A DNA stretch of 64,000 nucleotides from contig JAFXEU010000044.1 in NCBI GenBank assembly GCA_017520845.1, forward strand, positions 12,350 through 76,349. Direction: 5' to 3'. A program made the position numbers and the translations under genes. Positions 35,014 to 44,024 of the stretch are shown here, one piece after another (position 1 is the first letter of the stretch; every line of letters begins with the position of its first letter). The DNA is from Kiritimatiellia bacterium. GTDB taxonomy: Bacteria; Verrucomicrobiota; Kiritimatiellia; RFP12; UBA1067. Under the pieces are notes generated by a model. It saw nothing but the letters and a program-made list of their open reading frames with translations, ran no database searches and was not told where the DNA came from.

Positions 35014-36024
35014 TTACTCGGCAGCGGGAGCTTCGGCGGCAGGAGCCTCGGCGGCGCGGGCGGCGGCCTCGGCCTCAACGACGGCGGCCTGACGCTTAGC
35101 CTCGAGATCGGCCTTAGCCTTGGCCTCGGCGGCCTCCTTGGCGGCGCGGGCGGCGGCCTTGACGTTAACAGCTACAGAAGCCTTGCGGGGAGCGCGCTTG
35201 GCGCCTTCCTTCGCACCGCTCTTGGCCTTACGCTCGGCGCGGGCGGCCTTCTCGGCCTCGTCACGCTTGGCGCGATCGGCCTCGCGCTTGCGGTTCTCTT
35301 CAGCGGCCTTGGCGCTGTACTCGTCGTTGGCGGTCTTGATGACCTTGGTGAGACCGCCGAGAACGAGCTCAACGCCGCGGACGGAGTCGTCGTTTCCGGG
35401 GATTACGTAATCGATCGGCTCGGGGTCGGCGTTCGTATCGACGATAGCGACAACGGGGATACCGAGACGGACGGCTTCCTTAACGGCGTTCTGCTCGCGG
35501 ACGACGTCAACGATGACGACGGCGCCGGGCTGCTCGGCCATATCGGCGATACCGGTCAGATTCTTCTCGAGCTTGTTGAGCTCGCGGCGGAGCATCGAAG
35601 CTTCCTGCTTGTGCTCGGAGAGCTCGCCGCCGTTAGCCTTGGCCGTAGCCTGGAGCTGACGCATACGCTTTACGGAAGAGCGGATCGTCTTGGCGTTGGT
35701 GAGCGTGCCGCCGAGCCAGCGCTCGGTGATGTAGAACTGGCCGACGGAAGTCGCGCAGTCCTTGACGAGTTCGGAAACCTGCTTCTTGGTGGCGACGAAA
35801 AGGATGTTCTTACCGGCGAGAACGGTGTCGCGGAGGAACTGAGCGGCTTCGTCAAGGAGAGTGACGCTCTGGGTGAGATCGATGATGTGGATACCGTTGC
35901 GCTTGTCGAAGATATAACCTTTCATCTTCGGGTTCCAACGCTTCGTCTGGTGACCGAAGTGGAGACCGGCGTCGAACATATCCTTGAGCGTAATACCCGT
36001 AAGGGCGGAGGTAGGCATTTCCAT
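35014..36024 (-). CDS. rpsB: 30S ribosomal protein S2 with ~100-aa Ala/Lys/Glu-rich C-terminal extension
   Basis: LHFGHQTKRWNPKM and the conserved core run to about aa 237. The tail is A/E/K/R-rich and ends EAPAAEAPAAE. Confidence 0.95.
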   Translation of the reverse strand: MEMPTSALTGITLKDMFDAGLHFGHQTKRWNPKMKGYIFDKRNGIHIIDLTQSVTLLDEAAQFLRDTVLAGKNILFVATKKQVSELVKDCATSVGQFYITERWLGGTLTNAKTIRSSVKRMRQLQATAKANGGELSEHKQEASMLRRELNKLEKNLTGIADMAEQPGAVVIVDVVREQNAVKEAVRLGIPVVAIVDTNADPEPIDYVIPGNDDSVRGVELVLGGLTKVIKTANDEYSAKAAEENRKREADRAKRDEAEKAARAERKAKSGAKEGAKRAPRKASVAVNVKAAARAAKEAAEAKAKADLEAKRQAAVVEAEAAARAAEAPAAEAPAAE

Positions 36025-36135
36025 CTTTTTGTTCCTTTCAATCTTTAAAAAGTTAGATTAATCCGCTTTGTCCGGGGTTATGGAGAGACCCGAATCATTC
36101 GCTTCATCTTCTTCCACTCGGAAAAAGATTCATAT

Positions 36136-36144
36136 AGTATACCA
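36136..36144 (-). promoter_or_regulatory. Extended -10 promoter (TGGTATACT) for rpsB-tsf, giving a ~100-nt leader
   Basis: The minus strand reads GGTTTTGGTATACTATATG. Divergent from the flippase promoter. Confidence 0.4.
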
Positions 36145-36232
36145 AAACCCGAACTCAACCGCAACTGCAAATGTTCCTGAAATGGTGAAATCGCAAAAGA
36201 TAGGAATAGTCCACTTATTGTAAGACCTTTTT

Positions 36233-36241
36233 TGGTATAAT
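36233..36241 (+). promoter_or_regulatory. Extended -10 promoter (TGGTATAAT) for the flippase/methyltransferase genes
   Basis: The plus strand reads CTTTTTTGGTATAAT. The ATG lies 16 nt downstream, with no SD. Confidence 0.45.
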
Positions 36242-36251
36242 AGCCAAGAAA

Positions 36252-37631
36252 TTGAATATGACGAATTCAGCAGATAAACCATCTCACGGCATAAAAGCCA
36301 AATTGAACGCGCTCCATCGGAGGATGGGCGATTTCTGGTGGTATTCATTAATGCTCTTTCTCGCCTGCCGCGCCGCCGACGCGCTCAACGCGTTCGTCGG
36401 GCTTTGGCTCGTGCCGAAATACGTGCCGCCCTCGGAACTCGGCGCGGTAATGCCCTTAATGCAGTTCGCGAACTTTCTCGCGATTCCGATCGCCGCGTTC
36501 GCAAACACATTCAGAAACGAACTGACCCGGCTTTCGGTCAACAGGGAATTCGGAAAACTCAAAACCCTGATGCGAGGCGTTTTTGTCGCGAGCGCGATAT
36601 TTATGTTTTTGGCGATTATCGCAGCTCGACTGATAATGCCGGCGTTCTTGGAGCGGATCCGTATCGTCGAAGGCTCGCTCGGACTTATCATCATCGCGAC
36701 ATCGTTCGTCTCAGCCGTTTCGCCGATCTATTCCAACGCGCTTCAGGCGCTTAAAAAATTCAAGGCCCAATCTGTTATCAGCATCATCGGCGCACCGATT
36801 CGATTGCTCACGATGCTCGTGACGATGCCCTTTCGCGCGCTGTCGGGCTACTTCATCGGCCAGGCGTCAATCCCCGTTTTCAGCATGACAGCCTCTGTCA
36901 TCGCCCTTAAAAAAGAACTCTCCGTCAAAGCCGAGCCTTATTGGAATAAAGAAACCGTTAAAAAATTCTCAAAACTGTTTTTTATATTCATATCCATAGG
37001 CTTAATCGACGGATTCTTCCTTCTTGTAGAAGCTACAGTTCTCAGACAGCGCCTATGCGATCTTGATTCCGCCGGCTACTATATGGCCTCGAGATTCTCG
37101 GAAATTGCGGGCTTTCTGTCCGGGACATTGTTATTCACCATATTCCCTTTTACCGCCGAAAAATCCGCTAAAGGCGAAAATGCATCCCCCCTTGTGATCA
37201 AATCTCTGATCGTCAACGCGGCGTTTTGCTCGTTACTGGCCATGCCGTTCGTTTTCTTCGGCAAAACAATTCTCTCCTTGTTGCCGCACGGCGAACAATA
37301 CGCCGCCTATTGGTGGGCGATTCCATGGATGATCGGCATAACATTTTTATGTTCGATAATGGCTTTCTATCTTACGGCGGAATTCTCCGCCAATAGATTC
37401 AAATTCCTGAAATGGTATCTGCCGATTGACTTCGCCTATCCCGTACTGCTCCTTCTTGTCACGGGCCACGGCTACTTCACAGGACTGATTCCCGCATCAT
37501 GGACAGGATTCTTAACCGCCCACAACATATATTCCCTTGAAACCATGCTTTGGTGGATAACCGCAATAAATGGGCTGAAGGCTATCATTTGCATTATATC
37601 AATCGCCAAGGCCAGATGTCGTACTACATAA
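36252..37631 (+). CDS. Polysaccharide flippase-like (MOP/Wzx-type) polytopic membrane protein
   Basis: 459-aa ORF with about 12-14 hydrophobic helices. The track start is TTG at 36252; the first ATG is at 36258. Confidence 0.65.
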   Translation: MNMTNSADKPSHGIKAKLNALHRRMGDFWWYSLMLFLACRAADALNAFVGLWLVPKYVPPSELGAVMPLMQFANFLAIPIAAFANTFRNELTRLSVNREFGKLKTLMRGVFVASAIFMFLAIIAARLIMPAFLERIRIVEGSLGLIIIATSFVSAVSPIYSNALQALKKFKAQSVISIIGAPIRLLTMLVTMPFRALSGYFIGQASIPVFSMTASVIALKKELSVKAEPYWNKETVKKFSKLFFIFISIGLIDGFFLLVEATVLRQRLCDLDSAGYYMASRFSEIAGFLSGTLLFTIFPFTAEKSAKGENASPLVIKSLIVNAAFCSLLAMPFVFFGKTILSLLPHGEQYAAYWWAIPWMIGITFLCSIMAFYLTAEFSANRFKFLKWYLPIDFAYPVLLLLVTGHGYFTGLIPASWTGFLTAHNIYSLETMLWWITAINGLKAIICIISIAKARCRTT

Positions 37632-37643
37632 ACTTCTACTACT

Positions 37644-38300
37644 ATGGACGATTTAATTTCTAAAGAAGACAGCTATTACATCAGCAAACGCCAGGATATG
37701 CTGAAGTTTATTGATATCAAAGTCAGTAAAATTCTTGAAATCGGCTGCGGAGAAGGAAATTTTGCCACAAATTTCACCGATGTAGAATATTGGGGCGTTG
37801 AACCGGTAACGCAACACGCGAAGGCGGCAGAACAAAAAGGATTAAAAATCCTTAACGGACTCTATGAAGATGTAGAAAATAAAATACCTGACTCATATTT
37901 CGATCTGATCGTCTGCAATGATGTTATTGAACATATGCTCGATCCGATAGGATTCCTCAAAACCGTTAAAACGAAACTAAAGCCTACTGGCAAACTTATC
38001 GCCTCGATTCCAAATATCCGCTACGCACCGATTTTATACAAACTCATTTTTGAAGCCGATTTTGAATATGTCCAATCCGGAATTATGGATTATACTCATC
38101 TGCACTTTTTCACCCATAAAAGTTTCCGCAGGATAGCCGAATCAACGGGTTGGAACGTCGATTTGATCGAGCCGATCAACATTCAGCCGTTCAAGCCGGT
38201 TAAAAAGTTATTGCTTAAGTTCTTAGAGAGAAAACATCACGACTTGCGCAATGTTCAATTTGCAGTAAGGCTATCTATTTCTTCATCGACAGAACCCTAA
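37644..38300 (+). CDS. Class I SAM-dependent methyltransferase
   Basis: ILEIGCGEGNF (motif I) and DLIVCNDVIEH (motif II). Low-GC gene. Confidence 0.8.
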   Translation: MDDLISKEDSYYISKRQDMLKFIDIKVSKILEIGCGEGNFATNFTDVEYWGVEPVTQHAKAAEQKGLKILNGLYEDVENKIPDSYFDLIVCNDVIEHMLDPIGFLKTVKTKLKPTGKLIASIPNIRYAPILYKLIFEADFEYVQSGIMDYTHLHFFTHKSFRRIAESTGWNVDLIEPINIQPFKPVKKLLLKFLERKHHDLRNVQFAVRLSISSSTEP

Positions 38301-38301
38301 C

Positions 38302-39090
38302 TTATGCTATCCTTTGAAGAAACTTTACAAACCAAAGACAGTGCTTATCCATAAAAGACCTAACTCTTTTCTGAAAACGACGAACAAAGGTTCTCCCCGC
38401 TCCAATATAATACCCTGTCACTCCAAATGCTTCATATTTGGGATACTTATTTCGCAAATATTCCAACTGAGCAAAAAAACGCGGCGCAATGCACCCTCTT
38501 GAATAATGCTGACATTTCATCTTCAATATCCGCGTTAAAACTGCGTACTCAAGACGCGCACTCATACAAAAGTCTTCAACGTATAAGTCAAAAGAAAGTT
38601 TTTCATCGAACCTAAGCCTATGCTTAGCGAAGAGCGAAGAATGAACAATAACGCACTGGCAATCCAATGTTTCTACCTGCGTTCCGACGTTAACCGATGC
38701 CCCAAGTTCACGTACGCCCGAACCATCCTTTTCACTTTCTAATATTTGTCCGTAAAACACCCCTTCCCACACCTCTAAAAATAACGGATGAAATTTTTTT
38801 TTAAGCACGCCGCCGATAGGCCCATATATTGAATTTTTATCCGCTTTCTCCAACAACATTACCGGATCTTCAAGAAACTGAAAATCTTCATGACAGAAAA
38901 TCAGCCACGTGTCCGCATCGACAAACTTCTCAATCTTCCGATTGTAACAAACTGAAATATACTCATTACGCTCCCTATTATCTATCGGCTCCAGCCGACA
39001 GTTTGAGACAAATGAATTTTTCGCGACACATTTATCATACATCGCATAATCTCTGACAACCGATATAATAATTGGACTATTCATTTTCAT
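38302..39090 (-). CDS. GT2-like glycosyltransferase
   Basis: IISVVRD...WLIFCHEDFQFLED and FDEKLSFDLYVEDFC, a GT-A-like pattern. Overlaps the upstream gene by 8-14 nt. Confidence 0.55.
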   Translation of the reverse strand: MKMNSPIIISVVRDYAMYDKCVAKNSFVSNCRLEPIDNRERNEYISVCYNRKIEKFVDADTWLIFCHEDFQFLEDPVMLLEKADKNSIYGPIGGVLKKKFHPLFLEVWEGVFYGQILESEKDGSGVRELGASVNVGTQVETLDCQCVIVHSSLFAKHRLRFDEKLSFDLYVEDFCMSARLEYAVLTRILKMKCQHYSRGCIAPRFFAQLEYLRNKYPKYEAFGVTGYYIGAGRTFVRRFQKRVRSFMDKHCLWFVKFLQRIA

Positions 39091-40240
39091 TCGTTACCTT
39101 TATAACACCCTCATCAATACCGGTCATAGATACGCCTTTATAATCTATTTTGGCAGCGCCATCACCCGCTATAAGTTGAGCGATACGATTTAAAATTAAA
39201 GCGTCGATGCGCGTAATAGGTTTTTCGGCGACTTGATACGGCCAACCGATCGGCGCGAGCATCAGTAAATTACCATTGGCGCAAGCCTCGAATAATTTAC
39301 CGCCAGGCTTATAAAGCGGCGAGAATCCCTTGTTAGCGAGCGTAATAACGCTGTAGCCCGCCTCGAAAGCGCGCCGCGCTATTTCACGCTCTCCTTGGCT
39401 GATACAAGGCGATATCAAGACCGCGCCTTTTTGCGCCGCGTCAAAGGCAGAGCTAAGTCTATCTTCGAACTCGCTCGTTACTAAGGCTGGCGGAGCGTCT
39501 TTAATCAGATTGCCGCGGCCATCTCGCGCATAGGCGAAGAAGCGCCGCGAACATTGAATCTGATGAAACGAATGACGCGTTAGTAAAAAGTGGTTACCTA
39601 TCGCCGAGAACCAGCCGACAGCTTGAATATTGAGCTTACGGGTCACCTTGAATAAATCCGGCCTCTCGCGCTTAACTCCCAAACGCCGGGGATTATCGCG
39701 AAGATAAGCAATCATTCTGTCGAGCTGTCCGCGCCTAAACAAAATTACATCTACATACCCTTCAGCCCAGAATCGCGCTCGCACGCTCGCGCGCGCATTA
39801 CCCGACGCGACGTTCCGCGCCTCGTCGCGTGCGACGAGGATTTTCAGCGCCTCACTCGCTGAACGCGACTTAAACGAGCCAACGATATTTGAGAGCGTTT
39901 TACCCTTAGGCAACGGCTCCCTAATAAACAATATACCATGAAAATGATCAGGCATCAGCTGACTCTCTATCAACTCCACCTGAGACCAGCGCGTCGGTAT
40001 TTCACGCCAACATTCAAGAACAGCCAAGCCAATCGCCGATGGTTTGAACGCCCATTGATCTTCGCTCTCTTTAACTACACGGCCTAAAATCGGCCTCCGA
40101 TCTTCTAAAACAATAGTAATCTCATAAATCATTCGCTTCGAATAATCCCAACCCCGCAAGCGCCGCCCCATACGCGGAATAGTCTCGCGCTTAAGGCGAC
40201 CAAATTCATCTAACGTCCAGCCGGGCATAAAAGATTTCAA
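39077..40240 (-). CDS. HUH/Y1 (IS200/RAYT-like) transposase-fold domain fused to an uncharacterised ~190-aa C-terminal domain
   Basis: The N-terminal half has LMPDHFHGILFI (HUH), FWAEGYVDVIL and MIAYLRDNPRRLGV (catalytic Tyr helix). The C-terminal half (AVLISPCISQGEREIARRAFEAGYSVITLANKG) looks Rossmann-like. TTG start at 40240 or ATG at 40228. Confidence 0.6.
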   Translation of the reverse strand: MKSFMPGWTLDEFGRLKRETIPRMGRRLRGWDYSKRMIYEITIVLEDRRPILGRVVKESEDQWAFKPSAIGLAVLECWREIPTRWSQVELIESQLMPDHFHGILFIREPLPKGKTLSNIVGSFKSRSASEALKILVARDEARNVASGNARASVRARFWAEGYVDVILFRRGQLDRMIAYLRDNPRRLGVKRERPDLFKVTRKLNIQAVGWFSAIGNHFLLTRHSFHQIQCSRRFFAYARDGRGNLIKDAPPALVTSEFEDRLSSAFDAAQKGAVLISPCISQGEREIARRAFEAGYSVITLANKGFSPLYKPGGKLFEACANGNLLMLAPIGWPYQVAEKPITRIDALILNRIAQLIAGDGAAKIDYKGVSMTGIDEGVIKVTNENE

Positions 40241-40242
40241 TG

Positions 40243-41028
40243 TTACTTATACCTTTTAGTAATTTCGCAATAATTCCGAAAACCTACTTCAGCATGAAAT
40301 CCAAAAACACTTTTTAAGCCTTTATGATAGTCAGTTAGATGTTCAACTGAAAATTTCGCAGCAGTCCTCGGATCTGCTATTTTATACTTAGTTGCATAAG
40401 TCTTATCAAAAAAAGGAAGCGTCTTACAAAAAAATACATCATCTCCCATAATCGTCCAAAAATACGGAAGATATTTCCAAAACTTCTCATACCTCATTGC
40501 TGCTGCGCAACAAATATCATGCGACCTCAACGAAAGCCCGCCATTTCCAACAGGATATCTTTTAGGTGAATAAAAATCATACCATACACTTCTTCCTCCC
40601 CAGGGCGCACCAATATAATCATACTTTCCTAGAAAATCGCTTAAATTACTTCCTGTTACAATACCGTCTGGCTGAATCATAAGAAGGTATTCAGTAGAAA
40701 ACCTACGATAAAGATTCGAAATAATGTCTATGCATAAACTTTTAGGTGATCCTACTATCAGTTTTTTCTCTACTTGAAGCGAAATAGAATATTTATCGCA
40801 AAACTTTTTTATTAAATCTGTTGCCTTATTGACTACCAACACAGAATTAAGCACTCCCAATTTATCAAAGGCACTTAAAAAAGAATGTTCAACTCTATAA
40901 AACTCTCTATCTAACCTTGCATCATCATAAAAATAATACTGTACAGCAGTAACATTAACATAATCACTCCCAGAAAAACTACGTTCTCTAAGCCAAATAA
41001 GTTCTTTTTTTTGATATTGAGCTAACAT
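40243..41028 (-). CDS. DUF5672-like putative glycosyltransferase
   Basis: 261 aa with the GNGGLSLRSH motif. GC content is very low relative to the flanks. Confidence 0.5.
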   Translation of the reverse strand: MLAQYQKKELIWLRERSFSGSDYVNVTAVQYYFYDDARLDREFYRVEHSFLSAFDKLGVLNSVLVVNKATDLIKKFCDKYSISLQVEKKLIVGSPKSLCIDIISNLYRRFSTEYLLMIQPDGIVTGSNLSDFLGKYDYIGAPWGGRSVWYDFYSPKRYPVGNGGLSLRSHDICCAAAMRYEKFWKYLPYFWTIMGDDVFFCKTLPFFDKTYATKYKIADPRTAAKFSVEHLTDYHKGLKSVFGFHAEVGFRNYCEITKRYK

Positions 41029-41048
41029 TACTTAATTCCTTGGTGTAA

Positions 41049-42053
41049 TCACAATCTAAAAAGAATCGGGCAACATTTCTCTAAAATCTTACCGATCAAT
41101 GCAATCGCCTTAATTAAGCAAGGCATTTTGGAACCTATATAAGTAAACACTCGAGGCAAAAATGCGCCTTCCATTTTTTCACGGATATAATCAGCTTTTT
41201 CGTCAGGAGTTATCTCGACAGCATCAACAATTGGATTATCAGCCTTGCCTGTTTTTATCCACTTATCAGCCCAATATACATAATTAGAAGTATGAGTCGC
41301 CCTATTATCAGACAATCCCATATTTGATATCAGCCGCTCTTTAGGAACTACACTTAAATACCCTTCCGCAAGAAATAATAGCGAAAGTTGTACATCCCAA
41401 GTTGATAAACCGTTCTCTAAGCGCTTTATATATTCAAAAAAAACCTTCTTATAATACCGCGTCATTTTTGATGACGATATTGCCTTCTCAAAGCGAGTTG
41501 AATGACGATAATTTTCTACGTCATACTTTTCCCAAACTCGTCTCCAACTAGCCCATCCCCACACATCCATATGACGCGAAAAATGGTAAGATGCTCTCGT
41601 GTCGCTTTGAAGATTAAAGAAGTTAAAACCATTTATCGCGCCAACTCTTTCATCATTGCGATATTTCTTTAACATAGCTGTTGCAAAACGGAAAAAATCT
41701 AATGTTGGAGCACAATCATCTTCGAGAATTATACCTTCTTCCTCTTGCTCAAAAAACCATGTAATCGCACTACTTATAGAAAGCTTGCACCCGAGATTCT
41801 TATCTCTAAAAAGAGTTTTTACATCACATGGCCAATCTACAAGAGATACACACTCTTGTACACGACAACATAACTCTACTTCCCCATCTCTATCAAGTCG
41901 AGGACCATCTACTGCAATATATAACTTTTTAGGTGCCGCGCTACGTATTGCTGCTATTTGCGACGCCATAAAATCTGGTCTATTAAAACCGACTAACAAA
42001 ACACTTGCGCATTCAAATGGCTCAATAGATTGCACAATAGAAGCCTCACTCAT
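41049..42053 (-). CDS. GT-A fold glycosyltransferase (HlpA/GNT-I-like)
   Basis: VLLVGFNRPDF...YIAVDGPR...GIILEDDCAP pattern. Confidence 0.55.
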   Translation of the reverse strand: MSEASIVQSIEPFECASVLLVGFNRPDFMASQIAAIRSAAPKKLYIAVDGPRLDRDGEVELCCRVQECVSLVDWPCDVKTLFRDKNLGCKLSISSAITWFFEQEEEGIILEDDCAPTLDFFRFATAMLKKYRNDERVGAINGFNFFNLQSDTRASYHFSRHMDVWGWASWRRVWEKYDVENYRHSTRFEKAISSSKMTRYYKKVFFEYIKRLENGLSTWDVQLSLLFLAEGYLSVVPKERLISNMGLSDNRATHTSNYVYWADKWIKTGKADNPIVDAVEITPDEKADYIREKMEGAFLPRVFTYIGSKMPCLIKAIALIGKILEKCCPILFRL

Positions 42054-43000
42054 TTAAAGGCCTCCTTTTTTAATTTAGCCTTTATTTTGTAGCAAACCCC
42101 TTCAATAAGAAACATCGGGTATGAAAGCAAAATTTTAAGCCTATTTGAAAGAGATGGAGCGCACGGCTTTTGAGTAAAAATAAAGTCGCAGATTTTCTTC
42201 ATATCTTCTATCCACACTCCATACAACTGCTCTTTGATCGCATGTATGTTGGAGCGAACTGATAACACCTGACTTTCTGCAATTGCTATTGGCCTATCCG
42301 CGTCGAAAAGTATTCCGTTTACCCCGTCCTTGATATACTCGTTCATCGTTGCGTCATTGTGCGCTACAACACATTTACCCATCGCCATCGCTTCAAGAAA
42401 CGCCATGCCGATGCCTTCCTTTCGGCGCGGCGCTACGACTATTTCACACGCGGCGATTCGTGAAAGGTATTCCTCGCGACTGAGAAACTCATTCCCTTTT
42501 TTAACATCGAAAGTATAACCTAGTTCCGCCGGGAAGAGTTTTTTTACCGTATCCTCAGAAATATCGCCGCGCTCCCAAAGGAAAACACGCTTAGATTCGC
42601 CTTCTTCGTGCGGAAAATCAGACGGGTTTGGGAAATAGCGAACAGCCAAAATATTTTTTACGCCGCATCTTTTAGCGTGTTCCGTCACCTTATCACAAAA
42701 TGAAATAACCCCCATCCCGCTCCACGCGATGCGCTTCCATTGCCAATAGCTCGCCCATTCGTTATCATACATCGGAACAAATACATTCTTTTTGCCGCGA
42801 AAGAAAAACTTATTCCTTGAAATAGGAAACTCCCAGATTATAACCCCATCATAATCCGCAGCAATTTTTTCGGCTTGAGTACGATAATAGCGATTATAAT
42901 AATGCTCATCCACCGAATAGCTTTTTCGCACAATATCCAAAAAGAACTTAACCGACCCGGTTCTTTTATGATATTCATGATCTATAAAAAGCCACTTCAT
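42050..43000 (-). CDS. GT-B glycosyltransferase (family 1/4-like C-terminal domain)
   Basis: EGIGMAFLEAMAMGKCVVAHNDATMNEYIKDGVNGILF. ATGA overlaps on both sides. Confidence 0.7.
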   Translation of the reverse strand: MKWLFIDHEYHKRTGSVKFFLDIVRKSYSVDEHYYNRYYRTQAEKIAADYDGVIIWEFPISRNKFFFRGKKNVFVPMYDNEWASYWQWKRIAWSGMGVISFCDKVTEHAKRCGVKNILAVRYFPNPSDFPHEEGESKRVFLWERGDISEDTVKKLFPAELGYTFDVKKGNEFLSREEYLSRIAACEIVVAPRRKEGIGMAFLEAMAMGKCVVAHNDATMNEYIKDGVNGILFDADRPIAIAESQVLSVRSNIHAIKEQLYGVWIEDMKKICDFIFTQKPCAPSLSNRLKILLSYPMFLIEGVCYKIKAKLKKEAFK

Positions 43001-44019
43001 CTTACTAGACCCACAAAATATTCATCAAATTGCTGTGCGATTTCGGACCATGAATAAACAGGTATATCACGCGCGGCATTTTCGGAGAGCCTCTGGCACA
43101 ATGCTGGATTAGAGGCAAGTTTTTCAATCAGCGGCGCATAATCTCCATTCTTAGCTAAGAGCGCGTTCTCGCCGTTTTTGAAAAAGTTATTGGCCTCTCC
43201 ATCAAAGCCGAGAATCGGCTTTTTCCAACGAAGATATTCCTGGAGCTTGGCGTTACAGTCTTGATCGGATGTGCATACAAACGCATCCGCCTGACTCATT
43301 ACATTAAACTGCTCTTCTTTACTAAGCCACCCGAGAAATATGCAATTGTCACTTTCATACTTAGATAGATATGCTTCATTCTGGCCGGTTAAATAAAGTT
43401 TTATGTCTTTAGGCAATTTAGTCATCGCCGCGCAAATATCTGCTGTTCGCTTCCATTTAGCTTTATCACCTGTATAAACAATATTAAAGCGGCCTTCTAA
43501 CTTTATGTCACCTTTAACTATCAGCTTCTCAATCGGATCTGCACCGTTGGGAATATATTTGCACTCCACTCCCCACTTACGCCCGATTTTCTGCAGTTCG
43601 TAACTTAAAGTCACTACCGCATCAGAGTTTTTAACTATGCGCTTTTCCATCCAATTCATCAGAACCTTGCCGGGCCAACCGAACAAATCTCCCCAAATCC
43701 GCCCGTAATGATCGTCCCAACCGTGAACAACTTTAAAAGTTTTGTGTTTACAGAGAAATCTGCGGCAAATCAAAGGATGCAGCGCGACCGTAGACCCGTA
43801 CGTATAAATTACATCAGGCTTGAATTCATCGATTTTCTTGGCGAGCGCACGCGGACTTTTAGATGTTTTCCACCCGCACCACCCGACAGCCCAACCTAAT
43901 TTTTCAAGATTGTACCCGATGGCATCTATCGAATACGGCGCGTTTCTAAAATGCTCATCGCAACTCTGGCTTTCAAACCAGGGCCTGCGCGTGCTGGAGA
44001 CATATAAAATCCGCTTCAA
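42997..44019 (-). CDS. GT-B glycosyltransferase (family 4-like)
   Basis: The body is GT4-like (KRILYVSS..., YTGDKAKWKR, FVCTSDQD). I prefer the TTG at 44019 (MKRILYVSS) over the track ATG at 44142, which overlaps the DUF1080 gene by 118 nt and adds an Arg/Ser-rich extension. Confidence 0.6.
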   Translation of the reverse strand: MKRILYVSSTRRPWFESQSCDEHFRNAPYSIDAIGYNLEKLGWAVGWCGWKTSKSPRALAKKIDEFKPDVIYTYGSTVALHPLICRRFLCKHKTFKVVHGWDDHYGRIWGDLFGWPGKVLMNWMEKRIVKNSDAVVTLSYELQKIGRKWGVECKYIPNGADPIEKLIVKGDIKLEGRFNIVYTGDKAKWKRTADICAAMTKLPKDIKLYLTGQNEAYLSKYESDNCIFLGWLSKEEQFNVMSQADAFVCTSDQDCNAKLQEYLRWKKPILGFDGEANNFFKNGENALLAKNGDYAPLIEKLASNPALCQRLSENAARDIPVYSWSEIAQQFDEYFVGLVR

Positions 44020-44024
44020 ATTCC

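Noticed and set aside
35002-36048. 348-aa Gly/Leu/Ala-rich plus-strand ORF opposite rpsB
   Set aside because: It is generated by the GCN/GAG-rich coding of the S2 extension. S2 motifs are unambiguous on the minus strand.
36025-36135. Structured rpsB autoregulatory leader RNA
   Set aside because: A ~100-nt leader is predicted from the promoter position. I could only find weak, ambiguous hairpins by eye, which is not enough to call an ncRNA/regulatory element.
39077-40240. Calling the HUH gene an active IS200/IS605 insertion sequence
   Set aside because: There are no flanking hairpin ends or non-coding DNA and no tnpB partner. The gene overlaps its neighbours, so it is annotated as a CDS (domesticated fusion) rather than a mobile element.
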